Origin: Paraglomus brasilianum
Lineage: Eukaryota
Length of the DNA stretch: 53,852 nucleotides
NCBI GenBank assembly: GCA_910592345.1
Contig: CAJVPI010000103.1
Span: 1 to 53,852 of the forward strand
Reading direction: 5' to 3'
In this document: piece by piece, positions 23,242 to 36,400 of the stretch
Layout: each line of letters starts with the position of its first letter
How positions within the stretch are numbered: position 1 is the stretch's first letter
Translations under genes and position numbers: made by a program
Notes under the pieces: model-generated
Database searches by the model: none
What the model saw: the letters and a program-made list of their open reading frames with translations, nothing else
What the model was told of the DNA's origin: nothing

Positions 23242-26043
23242 TTATTTATAAAATTGGAATTCTGTGATAAATATTCGAGTTATATACCATATTTGAAATT
23301 GTACATTACGAAATTAACTTAAATATGGGGTTTAATTTAATAAATATTTCTCTACTCTGCCTTACCTACTTTAGTACCACTTCCTTCAGTTTTCCCTCCA
23401 CTAATATCTTCCCTATTAACTACCCCTTCGTTCTTGGCTGCGATACCACCTTCACTGCCTCTTAAGTCATCGCCCTTCAATTCACCTAGAATTGTAAATT
23501 ACGAAATTAACTTAAAACATGTGTTTTAAGTTAATATTTCGATTTTTTTTATACTCTGCCTTACCTATTTTAGTACCCTTTCCTTCAGTCACATTGAGAC
23601 TTGGTCCTGCAATCGCATTGAGACTTGATCCTGTGAGACTTGGTCCTGTAGTCACATCGAGACCTGATCCTGCGAGGCTTGGTCCTGCAGTTTCCCCTCC
23701 ACTAATATCTTTCCTTCCACTAATATCTTCCTTTCCACTAATATCTTTCTTTACACTAGTATCTTCCCTTCCACCAATATCTTCCTTTCCACCAATATCT
23801 TCCTCAATTTCCAATGCGTTCTGGGCTGCGATATCATCTTCGGTGCCCCTCAAGTCATCGCCCTTCAATTCACTACTTAGAATTTCCAAGTCCAGTGCGT
23901 GATCCTCACTAGTAAATGGGTGGAACAGTAGAGGCGAGGGACGAAGTGCCTCTTCGCTCAATGTCGGCCCTATACCAGCTTCAACTCGTTCTTTTATCCA
24001 ATCGTACCATTGTTGTTCGGTACGGCCCTGGAGGAAGCCAACAATGATTACGGTCATATTGTCGCAGCCAACACCACCAAGATCTGAACCAGGAGCTAGG
24101 CAGCGTTCCATAAGATTCTCGCAGGCTAGTCTTAGGGAGGCAGTTTTGGATAGCTCTTGTCGAATGAAGGCGACAACGTCTTGTGATGATAAACAGTCCC
24201 AGATGCCTTTTTGTAGTAGATTTGGAGATAAGAACATAACCCGGAAGAAAGTATTTTAGTCGAAAGAAGATGCTAATGCTGAATGAGAGTGCTGAAGCAG
24301 ATAGATAGCTTAGCAGAAAGTAAAGCTAATATTTAATCTTCTCTACTTACCGTCACAGGCCAGCACTATAAATTCGGTCTCTGGGTCGATTGTAAATTCG
24401 TCGACTTCCGGGTGGGCTGTAAAACGTAACGTATACAGACCACATTGCAAATTAGCACAAAGCAAACTATTTGTAAACTCAGCCAATTCAAGAATGCATG
24501 ATCATGAAGTTACCAGTAACAATTTGCTCTTTAGCATCTAGGCCCGTATTCTGCTTAAATTCAAAGTCTCCAATTGCGCGAGACAAGGCGAGATTCCCTA
24601 ATACGTTCATAAAGAGATGAAATAAAGCGTTAGATAATCGAGAAAGAAGCCATTCGTATTCGTCACCAATAAATGTCAGTTGTCTGATGATCATACCATT
24701 AACACGCCCAAATTCAACAAATCCACCTGCTTTATTGATTCTATCAGACTCATCTATGGTATAAAGGTCGCGTTAAGAACAGTATAGTTAAAGTCTTCGA
24801 TTTGCTTTTTGACAATTCCGGTCTTTCATATTCTTTTGGTTTATTTCAAATTGCATACCTTTGTTATGTGGTTTGTGGTCGTTGGACAGTGGTCTCGCTT
24901 CGCCTCTCACACTGATTACCGCACGAGAATCGCCGGCGTTACCCTAAGCCAGAAAATAAAAGAGTTTGAATCAAGAAGAAAACGTGAATGTAGACAGTGT
25001 ATCATTTGTTGAGCGCTGTGAAATATTCAAAACAGTGGGGCAAGAATGCAATCCACATGTATATGTGTATAACTTTTCGTCTGCGCTTTCACTTACGACA
25101 TAGATACGATTTTCGGGCGTTATAAGTGCGACAACAGCTGTACATCCTGATGGATCAGTACGGTATTCGGGATCTATAAAATCGATAAATATTTATTAGA
25201 TACGGAAAACTTGAGCCATTACCGATAGTCCATTACCACGCGGCAAGGCATATCCCGGCCTTTCTCTTCATCACCAATATCATTCGTACATCTAGCAACC
25301 TCCATCCACCAGTAAATTATATATAATTATACATACGATTCTTAAGGTCGTCATCGAGACCAAGAAATCCGCTCATTATCGACGAAGAAAAATCTCCGCG
25401 AACAAATGCATCGTCATGGGCGATACGTTTATGAAGATGTTCGCCGCTGTATTTAGCAATATTCGGACCTAATGGAGCAATTCAATATGACTTAGATGGT
25501 CAAAAGCATAAATTTACGATGGAGATAACTACTTATTGAACTGGAGCTTTAACGCCCATCGCGAAAACTATCTCGTCAAGTATAACATTAATCATCCTCG
25601 ACATTCCAACACTCCTACGACATTGAATATCTCTTCCTCATATTTTTCAATTCGTATCCTTTCCCCAAACTCAATATTCTAACTTCTTTAATTAATAGTT
25701 ACCACCGTGTCCATCGTAAACGCCGAAGAAGCTAAATCCTTCTTTCTGCGCCTTATTTTCGAGCTTCAAAATTGCGGTGTGCGCGTCCTCCATGCCTAAG
25801 TTACGCGTGGTAGTTAGTAGTTAAGGATAAAATTGACATGGAAGAACAAGCCGAACATTGAATAGTCGTCTTGTATATTTCATAAGGCACTACTGTCACA
25901 AACTCATTTGCTCCAAATCTTCTAATAACCAAAAGGATACTTATACGCCAGCCTTGCATTTCAGATAATGCGTAGATTAGACGACGGTCTCCATTGCTGG
26001 AAGTTTGTTTATCTCTTACTGGTTCTGATAGTGTTTGACCCAT
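23242..26043 (-). CDS. PTC2: Protein phosphatase 2C (Ptc2/Ptc3-like, PPM1 family)
   Basis: Exons 26043-25941, 25795-25703, 25468-25337, 25173-25097, 24943-24859, 24753-24697, 24597-24514, 24416-24351 and 24206-23565 (or unspliced to the stop at 23512), optionally 23485-23366 and 23261-23242. Motifs MGQTLSEP, MQGWRISMEDAH, DGHGG, GCTA, NAGDSR, DHKP, LALSRAIGD, ACDGIWD and GCDNMT. The 3' end is uncertain. Confidence 0.9.
25796..25940 (-). other. U12-type (minor spliceosome) GT-AG intron in PP2C
   Basis: 5' splice site GTATCCTTTT; branch point TCCTTAAC at 25827-25820; splicing restores WRIS-MEDAH. Confidence 0.9.
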
Positions 26044-27524
26044 GTTCGCTAATATTATATTATTATAGTATGAGTAAGTATGAAGGGTTTCCTCTCTTTT
26101 TTTTTATCAGTTGGAATTGACGTCTCTCAAGGGACTCATTTCCTTTTGCAACTTATAGTATGCAAAAAAAATATGACGTAAACAGTCCCGTTTGTATTAT
26201 GAACACAGTGTGTTTTTTTTCTGTCGCTTTATACGTTTGTATAGCTACTTACCTGCGTAAAATACGTGCTATGGGGTTTTCGCTAGCTTTGCGTATGTTC
26301 TTTATCGTAGCACATCCGTTTTTAGCTCTTATTGTACAGGGGGCAGACTATATTAGTTGTGTTATTAATAATATCTTTGTTGCCTTTGGACAATAAGTCA
26401 CAATATATATTATTACTACGCTTATTGGCGGGTTAGTGGGCGTAACGACGACATACTCACCCTGTTATCAAACACAGTGCTACCTGTTCGGAAAAGACAG
26501 GTCATGTGCGCTTGGAAACCTGGGACAGAGCAAAATCTCGCTCGAATCATTGGCTACAACATTACACCATCAATAAACTTGGCCGAAGATTCCCTGGTAT
26601 TTATGGAATAACGCTGGGCTGTAAAAGGGGTCATCACGCGTAATACAAATCACCTATCTTAATAGTAATATTATGCTAATTCCAGAATTCTGCTATGTGT
26701 ACTCGAATAATCAACAGGATATATCCGTCATATCTACATCTTAAACGGCAATGTTACGAATTGGTATCTCATTCACTTTCCACATGTGAATAAATAATAC
26801 TGCATCGATTGTGAATCAAATCTATAATAATGGTGACAATAGTGATTCCGTGTACATCCAACAAATGTACCACTGTCTTGCGTTTCTGTGTAAGCTGCGG
26901 TTCGATGTAAAGTGATACTAATAAAGACAGCCTTGTGAATGAGTTTCCTTCATTATATCTACTATTATGTTTCTGAATGCATGTTAATCTGTGGAACGTT
27001 AAACCGCCGGAGTTCGCTATTTTCCGTTATCTTTACAAATATATTGGGCGTTTTTTGCGGCCTACACACAATCGTATTCTTATACCAAAAGTCGCAAATA
27101 TTATTAGTTGAAAAAACATAGGTAGCCTGCCGCGACATGATGTCATTTGGGCTTTACAAGATTTTATTCTTGTCTCGGCCTCACTCTTGAATATAAAATC
27201 CTCTCAGTTATTATATTCCCTGTTCCGGAAAATAGATAAGTGTCTTCTCAATTCGAACAAAGCCAACCCAGATGAGATGCATAAACGAATATGGTGATGC
27301 CTATCTTTACTTTGTGAATCCATTACATGTTAGCATACCGGAATGTCGAACAAATTTTCTCCGGCCAAGTGCTGCGCATACTTATTGACTCGTATCAATC
27401 CAGCTTTTTAAGTTTGTTCATTTGCCTTCACGTAAAACGTCCTTTCTTGACTGCGTATCGACAAGGGAGATATGCAACGGATTTCTTATATCTGTTATTC
27501 GTATCATAGCTTATATCGTAATGC

Positions 27525-28470
27525 ACTCCCTAAATGCACCCTACTCTCTATATTCTGCACGTGCAACGGATTTGCATGAAATAATCTCCGTAAATGCACG
27601 CACGTGAGCCAGCTTTAAATATGGTATAGTCGGACAACGTCTATCAATGTCATAAATTATGTGAGTTATGCATCGGAGAATCTCACCACCTTTAAAAGAT
27701 GCTAACGATGCTAAAAAAGTAATATCTAAACTTTGGTTAGTAGGATTAAGGCCTCTGAGGGGAAAAAAGGTAATAGAATACGATTTCGTAGTAACACTGT
27801 CCAGGTCATGTATTTATTTAGATATCAATGCCTGTAATAATTTATGGTTATGACTGTTAACCATCCAAGGATGCCATTATGGTCATCAACATAATAATTC
27901 GTTTATAGTTAATTGCTAGTTAGAAGATTGTACTGTTATCACCATGCCGCCAAAAAAGACAACTTCGTCTGTGTGCTCGCGATGACATGCGGAGCATGTT
28001 AATTGGATTGAACATAAATGAAAAGTCAGTTAATGAGTTTACAATAACACGAATTTTGCAAAGAAGCAACCAGTGACTTCCTGAAGAAGTCATTGCTCCA
28101 AATACATACCAGAACTTGAACAAGCGCTTAAGGAATTTCTTTAATGTGTCAACCTAAGTAGTGCTATTCTAATTGAGTGGCCAAAGCATTGGCGAGCAGA
28201 CTGGGAATTCCTGGTGCATTAGACTTTTCTGTCAGCTGGCTCCAAAAACTTCAAGAAGAAGCATTTGTTAATTTGAATTTCGTTGCCGAGGTTCTGCCAC
28301 CGCTGCATGAAATATGCACTAATTATCCGAACGAATTGGTTTTTTCTATTGGTAAATGGATCAATCATTGGCTACGCGGCATCTAACGGGGAGCAAGAAA
28401 GATAAAGAACGCCTTTCAATTGCCCGTTTTGTGCAAATGCTGATGGATCGCGTAAGTTAAATCCTTATAA
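27525..28470 (+). mobile_element. pogo/Tigger-like transposon remnant (copy 2) with CENP-B HTH and DDE_1 fragments
   Basis: MPPKR..., AKALASRLGIPGALDFSVSWLQK and GSKKDKERLSIA/CANADGSRKLNP with frameshifts; homologous to copy 1. Confidence 0.75.
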
Positions 28471-30450
28471 CCCTACCGATATAATACAAAGGCTTAGGGA
28501 TATAAATAGTGTCGACCTTGTAATGGCGAACAAAAGTTAACGCGGCCATTGCCAGTGCAGTGCTTACAATTATAGTCTTCAGTGTCAGTATCTTTGAAGA
28601 TATTAACAAATCTGATTACTATTATGATAGCACAGGATGAGAATGAATGGGGAAAAAGCTTAAAACACCCATAAAACACACAGATAAAAGCATAATGTAA
28701 ACGGTGGCTTTTTGAAAAGAAAGATTATTACCATATCCATGATTAATTTGTACAGGCCACACTATTGCTATGATACGGAATTGTGCTCATCTTCTATTTA
28801 CCTCAGTTGCATGAGAAAATTTAATCAAATTCATTATTGTTTTGGACTTTTTGGTTTATATTTTGCATGCCTGAGCCAAGTTTGCTGACAACGAGCGGTC
28901 GTATTATTAAGAATGTTGCTAAGATCGTCCTTACAACTCATAAGCTTCCGGTCAGATGATAACCAAAGTGAACGCCAACTGACATGTCGTAAGCTTCCAT
29001 CGTAAAGTAGTTTTTCGTTATTCTGTCGGAGTCTTCGAATAACGATTGTTAATACATATTATTGTGAAGTACCTTGAGATTTAGCAATTTCTTCAATCCG
29101 ATCGATAGGTTAATTAAACGGTCGTGTATTATTGTATATTGAGACTTTATTTCAGATCATTCCGTAATCGGAATAATCAATATATTAGTATTAGAACATT
29201 GAAACATTGGAACAGAACGCGTAGAAATAAGAGAACATAATTTATCGTCGTATTCGGAATTATTCAAATACCATTGCAAGGCATTCGATGATGTAGTGGC
29301 AGATTTTTTCTCCGATGGCCGGATGATTACGACCACGCGTCTGATTTTTTATCGCATAGGAGCTGCCACCACATTGCCAATAACTATTTTTAAAATACGT
29401 CACTCGAGATATACACGCGCTATTTAACTAAACAATACTCACGGTGAAATTCATTAATACATTACATACTATTCTTGACAAATAACGTGTTGATTACATC
29501 TTTCTACGACGGACTATGAGATTATAGACATGATCAAACAGTCACAAATATCTTAAATTCAGACGGTTTGTCTAGCTATTGTAATTAAAATAAATTTGGA
29601 TTAACTTTACATTTAAAAACGAATGGTTTACATTCCGTACCAACACGTGAGTAATACAAGTCTCAAACGTTATAATATCTGCCAATCAAATTTCAATTCC
29701 TCCCACAATTTAACAATCGGTACAAACAGAAAGGTGCGAGGGGATAATGTGATAAAAATTCGCTTCTACTAGAATTCTGCCTGAACGCACTTCCAAGATG
29801 AGCGCTCAGTCCTGGTGATCTAGTTAGATGAAAAAAATGGACAATTGTTTGAGAATTGCTTGGAACTCTATCTCAGTTGGATTCTAAGTGGTTGTGTTGT
29901 CCAACAGTCGATAATTAGTGACTCGTTGATATTAAACACTTGTAATAATAAAAAGCTTCTTTGTGTGACTATGAGATTAAAGACTTAGCAGTCTGACTAT
30001 TATTTACTGCAACGTACTAGTATACGTATTTCGGTTATTCTTATCGTACGTGTTCCTAGAATATCAACTTCATCAATACCAACTAAAGTGCGGTTCTTAG
30101 TTTTACAGGAATCAAGTTTAAGACAAAATTAGAGTATTGTTCGTATGGCGGCATCGTCTCACACATTTACGTCAATATCATTGCAGGAAATCAAAGTATA
30201 TGTCTATTGAAGTGTTATCGGTTTATTCTAATCAATGATGGTAAATAAATAATGATAATGAATTATAAAAATATGAAGAAACTATCTTACAGTAAAGATT
30301 TTAAGCTTTAAAATCCTTCTTTTTTTTTTATAAAGTGGAATTGTAATACGTTGTGCCAAATCTCGAGACAATAGTTTCTATATGTTATTAAGAATTGAAT
30401 ATTAACAACGCTTCTTGAAATAGTATGAGAATTGGTATTTGATAATGCGA

Positions 30451-33400
30451 TTAATTGGATGGAGAAGTATGATGAGATGAAGACGAGATTGACCCATGAG
30501 AAGAGTGAGAATGAGAATGAGAATGAGAATGAGAATGAGAATGAGAATGAGAATGAACAGATGCTATTGACGATTGTGATGCAGGGGGTTCAACACCGTA
30601 AGGAGAACCCTGGCTTTGTTTACTACCTCTCCTCGCTGGTGGGTACCGTGTTTTTGATAATATCCCTTCTAATTGGAATGACTCGCTAGTACCCTCCGAT
30701 ATGATTGACTCTGAGTCATCAAACACACGCTCTATGTCTACCTCCTCATCTGTAGAAGAATAAGAACTCGGCTGTGTCAGAGTCATTTGTCTATTGCTAT
30801 CCGATCGACGTGGCATATGAGCGATACTGCTCGATGACACAAAGACAGATGAATCGGTAAACGCATCAACATATGTAGAGAACGACGTTACAGATGACGA
30901 TTTAGACAGACTCTTCTCCCAAGTAGCCTCTATTCTTTCTTCATATTCGGGATCAGTGATATTCTCCTCAATGATGTTGGGTATTTGCAGTGATGTCATT
31001 GTCATTGTCCTACCAGCGTCAATGCTATTGGCAGACAGACTACCATCATCTCCCCAGAATTCCTTCAACGTTTGCAACTCAATAGTTATCTCCCTAAACT
31101 GAGATGCAGGTATTTCATCTGGATGTATCACCGGCATTTCGGATGAGAATCCACCAAAATAGTGTGCATTATCTGGCGGAATTGCGCACGTGTAGCAGAT
31201 GGAGTGGACATTAGAACGTGTTAATTCTTGTGTCTTCGCTAGGTCAGGCACCGACCATCCTGTCTCTGATGGTTCCCCAAATCGAGAAGCTTCATTCTTC
31301 GTGTCCCTATTAGATGACCTTCTGCCTGCGATACCACTCATCCGTAGAATATATTTGTCCTTTGGTCCCCCTGATATCGATATAGCTTCATCCAATACTT
31401 CAAGCGCTGCCTGTGCATACTGAGTGGATAGCAGTCGAAGTAATGGCATTATAACTTCAGCTCCAATTTCAATGAAGTCCGGTTGTTGAGTGTCGATATG
31501 AGGCAACAACATCTTGATTATCTTCATTGTTTTCAATTTATAATAAGGTATCTTATTCAGTAAAAGACTCATCAAAAATAGAAGAATTTTAACTTGGTAT
31601 TGAGGGATATAATTATCCTTGATAACGACTACCACTTGCTTAATAAAATCTTCCTTTGCTCTAAATCTTCCCTTTGAATATGAAAACATCACTTTCGCTA
31701 TGTTGTCTTTGTTTTCGTTGGTAGCAATAACAGAGATATGTTGAGCCCATTCTCTACACTCCTCCACTGTAGATGGCACGTCAAAAGCGTGAATTAATCT
31801 AGGGATATTAGCAAGAAGGAGGTATAACAGACGCGTAGATGTTGCATCTACCAACTGTTCTTCCTGTAAGAATAACAGTTTTTTTATCATACGGAATGTT
31901 TGTGCAACAGAATGTGATGATTGAATGCCTTTGATGAGTAGAGGTTGAATGCCTTCAAATACACCACTCCATTTGGGTCCAGGGAAGAAGGACCAAAGTA
32001 AACTCTGGTTCTCACTGTCATTGAAATTAAACTTATCCATTAATTTGTTTAATATGGTTAAAGCTTCCAGGTATTCAGGCTCATTTGATGTCTGCAAACA
32101 CGCTATCATGGTCCATGTGATCTGAGGAAACAAGGTCTTGGTATCGGTCGGTAACCAGTCCACTATATAACTGAGTGTGATCAATGTCTCCAACGCAAAT
32201 CCTTGAATTTCTTCATGAGTATCAGCAATTGTATTGGACAGTCGGTGAACTATATCAGCAAGCATAAGCTCATTGAAATCCGGTCTAAGTGCTCTGAATA
32301 TCTGGAACGATCTACGAGCGACATGCCGCACCGTGCAGTTGGTTGCCCATTTTAATGCAATCTCTCCCCACTTTTGTTTGATTGTGGCACCGGTTCCGCG
32401 ATCTCTAAATACATTAAGCACATCGTGACATAATGCTTCGAGATCAGACAAACTCTTAATATTACGATTTTTGTATGTTATGTCCTCGTATTTCCATAGC
32501 CGCGGGCCTGTCTTCGCGTTCAACTCTGCTACTAACCTTGTCGCAAATCTGACAGCGTCTGGATAGAATGACTTGCTTATAACATTAGAGTGAATAAGAT
32601 TGATCAAGAATGCACGTGATTCTTCGCTGATGGTGGATTGAAGGGAATCCAACTGCACGAATATCACATGAATCAATAGCGGTAGATGCACTTTCAGGTC
32701 ACCACCTGCTTCAATAGCCATGTCAACCATATACATCATAGCCAGTTGACTAGATGAAAAAACGGGCGGTTTATGATGACCAGGCAGTGCATCATCAATA
32801 GTAGCACAGAATAACCCAGCTTCACTTATTTGATGTCTAAATGAAGAGTCAATAGGGGATTCTACGCTTGTCTGTTCAGCTGTATTAGAGCTCTCTTCAT
32901 GCTGGGATGAACTATCCTTGGTTGGTTGGGACGTTGAATTGTCGTCTTGAGACGGTAAATGAGACTCCATTGCCGCTGGGGATATTTCTGCCATTAGTGT
33001 CTCAATCAAAACTGTACATGCTGGAGTTCGACCAAGATATACAAACACTCTTTTAGCGTGAGTAACAAAATTAGGATTCCTCTTCTCCATGCCTATGTTT
33101 ACAAAGTAACTAACTATTGCACATACGTTCTTCATATTCTCACCCGCAACCAATTGCTGCCACAACAACTCGACCTCCTTGACAAATATATCGCCATATT
33201 TAACAGTGATATAGAATAGATTGGATAACACCATGTAGATTGTTAGATGCAATTTACTATCCGCCGTCATCACGAATTCAACGTTTCTTAGCCATGGTAA
33301 CATATAACCTAGCATATCTCTTTGAGATTTCTCGCTGACAGATTCAAATAACTTGGCAATCTCAGATAATATTAAATATGTCTCGTCCGACATCATCGGC

Positions 33401-36400
33401 ATGTCTTCGGCTGAAGCATCCTCCGTCGCAGCATCATTTGTCGGGGCTTTCTTCCGTTTCTCGTTCTCATGCTTACGTGCCCACTGAGCTAGTCGACCAG
33501 ACAAGGATATTTGAGAACTTTTGTAGATGGACGGAACTGTGCTTGTTATGCCTACTTGGAATTCATCTACATAGGACTCGTTGTAGAAAGATGTCTGTAC
33601 GAGTTTGAGGAGTTTCATTGCAGTACGGCGGATTTCTAGATCAGGATCACCTACTTTGAAAAGTACAAGTGCTAGTACCTTAGAAACAGGTGGGGTTTTG
33701 CTTGCATCTAATTGGAACAGGGTGTTGGCAACAGTCATAAAATAGCCTTGAGTGCTTTTCAATTCTGGACGACGCGAATAGCAGAGGTTGATTGTTCTCT
33801 CTAATACTGCTAGTTTATCAGCGTTGGAAATTAGCATTCCTTCAAGAGCTCGCCTTGCAATGGGATGAAGTCTGTCTTGGGGATCAGCAAAGACAGTCTC
33901 TATCCACTTCAATAGGCTACTCATTTCTAATCCCCTGCTACGTGATTCACCTTCAGCGCAAATAACAGGACCTCGACATAGTGAAGCCATCGCATTCAAG
34001 GCAGCTAGCTCTAATGATTTCCTTTCTGCCTCCATCTGCTGTACGTGTCTATGTTCTGTCTCAAATTGGATCCTTATCCTTGCGTGCTCAGCATTCTTAG
34101 TCCCGTGTCCACACCATTCCTCGAACATTCGAAATAGCTCGACTCGCAGCTTTTCAGATATAATGTCGACTTTCTCCTGTTGTGATGCATCATAGAGTTT
34201 CTCCACTAATCCACACAGATATGTTCGTAGTCTCCGCCATTCCGAGTCGTACATAATATCTGGTTCACGCAAAAAGGCAAAGGTATTCTCAACATACGAT
34301 TTAGTCATCGTTTGTACCTCTGGATCATGAATAAACTCTTCTTTTAGGAGAAAGTGGGCCGTCAGCTGATAGACATGAGCTAGTTCTGTGCGAAGCCTTT
34401 CGTATTTCCTAGATCTCTTATATGTACCGGTATATCCTCTCGGAACGTTCCTCTTGGACTCCTCGACAATTTTTTCCTGATATTGTTGCATGTCTTCTAG
34501 GAGCACTTTATATACGTTTTCGTTGATATTACCAAGCGCAGTTACTATTGCATCACGAATAAGTTGTCGTTCAGAAATGAGAATACGTAATACCATTCTA
34601 AATAATACCCGAGCGGATGTAATTCGATCAGGAGGTGTAACGTCTGCTCGTCGGCGGGAAGGTGTCCAAATACGATCTACGTATTCATCTGTCAAAGTAA
34701 TGGTTGAGCAGGCCACTATAAGATATAGTCTCCATTGCTCTATCATTTCATCAGTTGCAGGCACCACCCTTTGTAAGTGCATTCGAAGTGTGGGAGCCGG
34801 GTTACGTGCTATTGGCTCAGCTGCATTGATTATTGCCTGTTGCATGGATACTATTCTGGAACAAACGTTGTTTCTGCATAACGCGACAGTAACCGCAAAG
34901 TGATCAAAGCATAGCTTCATAAATTCAGGGAACACTCTTGCCCATAAAGATAAATATTCAGAATCACCACTCTGGACTAATTTCAATAATATATCTTTTG
35001 TACCTTCTTCTTTTAACTTAAGCAGTTGAACAGATTCACGAACAGGGAGTGCTGCTCCATCTTTATCGAATTTGATTAGATCCCTTCCTCCTCGAGTGAG
35101 TATGTGAATGATTCGTTTATATTGAGCCTTCTTCTCATGTGCATTAGCATTATAACGTAATCTGTTATGCTCATTATGCTCGTCATATCCGTGAAAGTTC
35201 TCTCCAACCAAAGTGACGTTATCGAGACTTGATTGAGCATTCATTGATTGACCATCCATCCCAACAATGGTGCTATGACGGGAGTATCCTTTCTCGCGTG
35301 CTACTTTGATTTCCAACTCCAATTCTAATTCAGCTACCACTTGTAATATCCTTACTGCATCCTTCCTGATTATAGGTTCCTGACTACACAAAAACAATAA
35401 TCCATTTGCCTCTGTCTCCTCGATCACAGTCAAAACAGCAGAATCCTCTAAATCGCTAGGTGCTTTAGATAAATTGTCAGAACTATCATTGATATCCACT
35501 TCTTGAATAGATTGATTAAGAGCTTTTAACTGGCGCAACCATACGTACAACATATCTAAATATAGTTTTAATATTGCTCTCCCACTGTCCGACCCGGAGC
35601 ATGCAAGCATTTCTACATATTTGTCTTCTATCTTATACACAAAACGAGATAGTCCCATTATAACATATTCTGCTCCACATTGGACAGCAATGCGTCGTAG
35701 CGCAAGTGCAGAAGCTGCAGCCAGGTCGGGGTCAACATGTACAGTGTATCGACTTAGCATCTCCACTAAGGTAGGCAAATTAGAAGGTGCAGGGAGCAAA
35801 CGAGGAAGTGAAGCGACATAAGTGGCCATTAAATCCATGTATACTTGCTTATCCCTCTGATATGCGACGGTCAGTGTCTTGTAGCTGTGTATCATGATTC
35901 CATTCTCACCGGGTAATGATATTACTTTTCCATTGGGATTATTAGGCGGGAAATAAGGGGGACGTGAAATTTGATACTTTTCTTCGAGTACGGACATTTT
36001 ACCAAAATTCTTGTCCAAAATTAACATCATTCGATACGATAGTTCGCAGAAATGATCGAAATGTGCTTTCAGTCCCGCTCTGTTGAATACATCATCTGGT
36101 AATATGTTTGGTGAATATTTTACTCCCGTAGATTCTCTTCTCACATTTACCAAATCAGTCTCCTTAGGAAACGGCGGTCTCCATTCTTGAAGTTCGATCG
36201 CCGCCAGAAGAGCCACGAACGAACGTATTGCTATTTTCATTCGATCCGGATGTATGCAATCGAGTGATAAATTGGACACTAATGCTTCGTTGTTCATCAG
36301 CTTCATAAGTATGTTCGTCATGCAATAGTCATAATGTCTGACCCCAACAAAAAATATGAACTGTACAAGTAAATCGTGATGGATTTCAGGCAAAGCACCA

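Noticed and set aside
26480..26620. Possible kinase fragment (FPGIYGIT)
   Set aside because: Too short, with no other kinase motifs.
30432..30689. Plus-strand ORF with (EN)n and a hydrophobic end
   Set aside because: Antisense shadow of the TAO3 3' end and its microsatellite.
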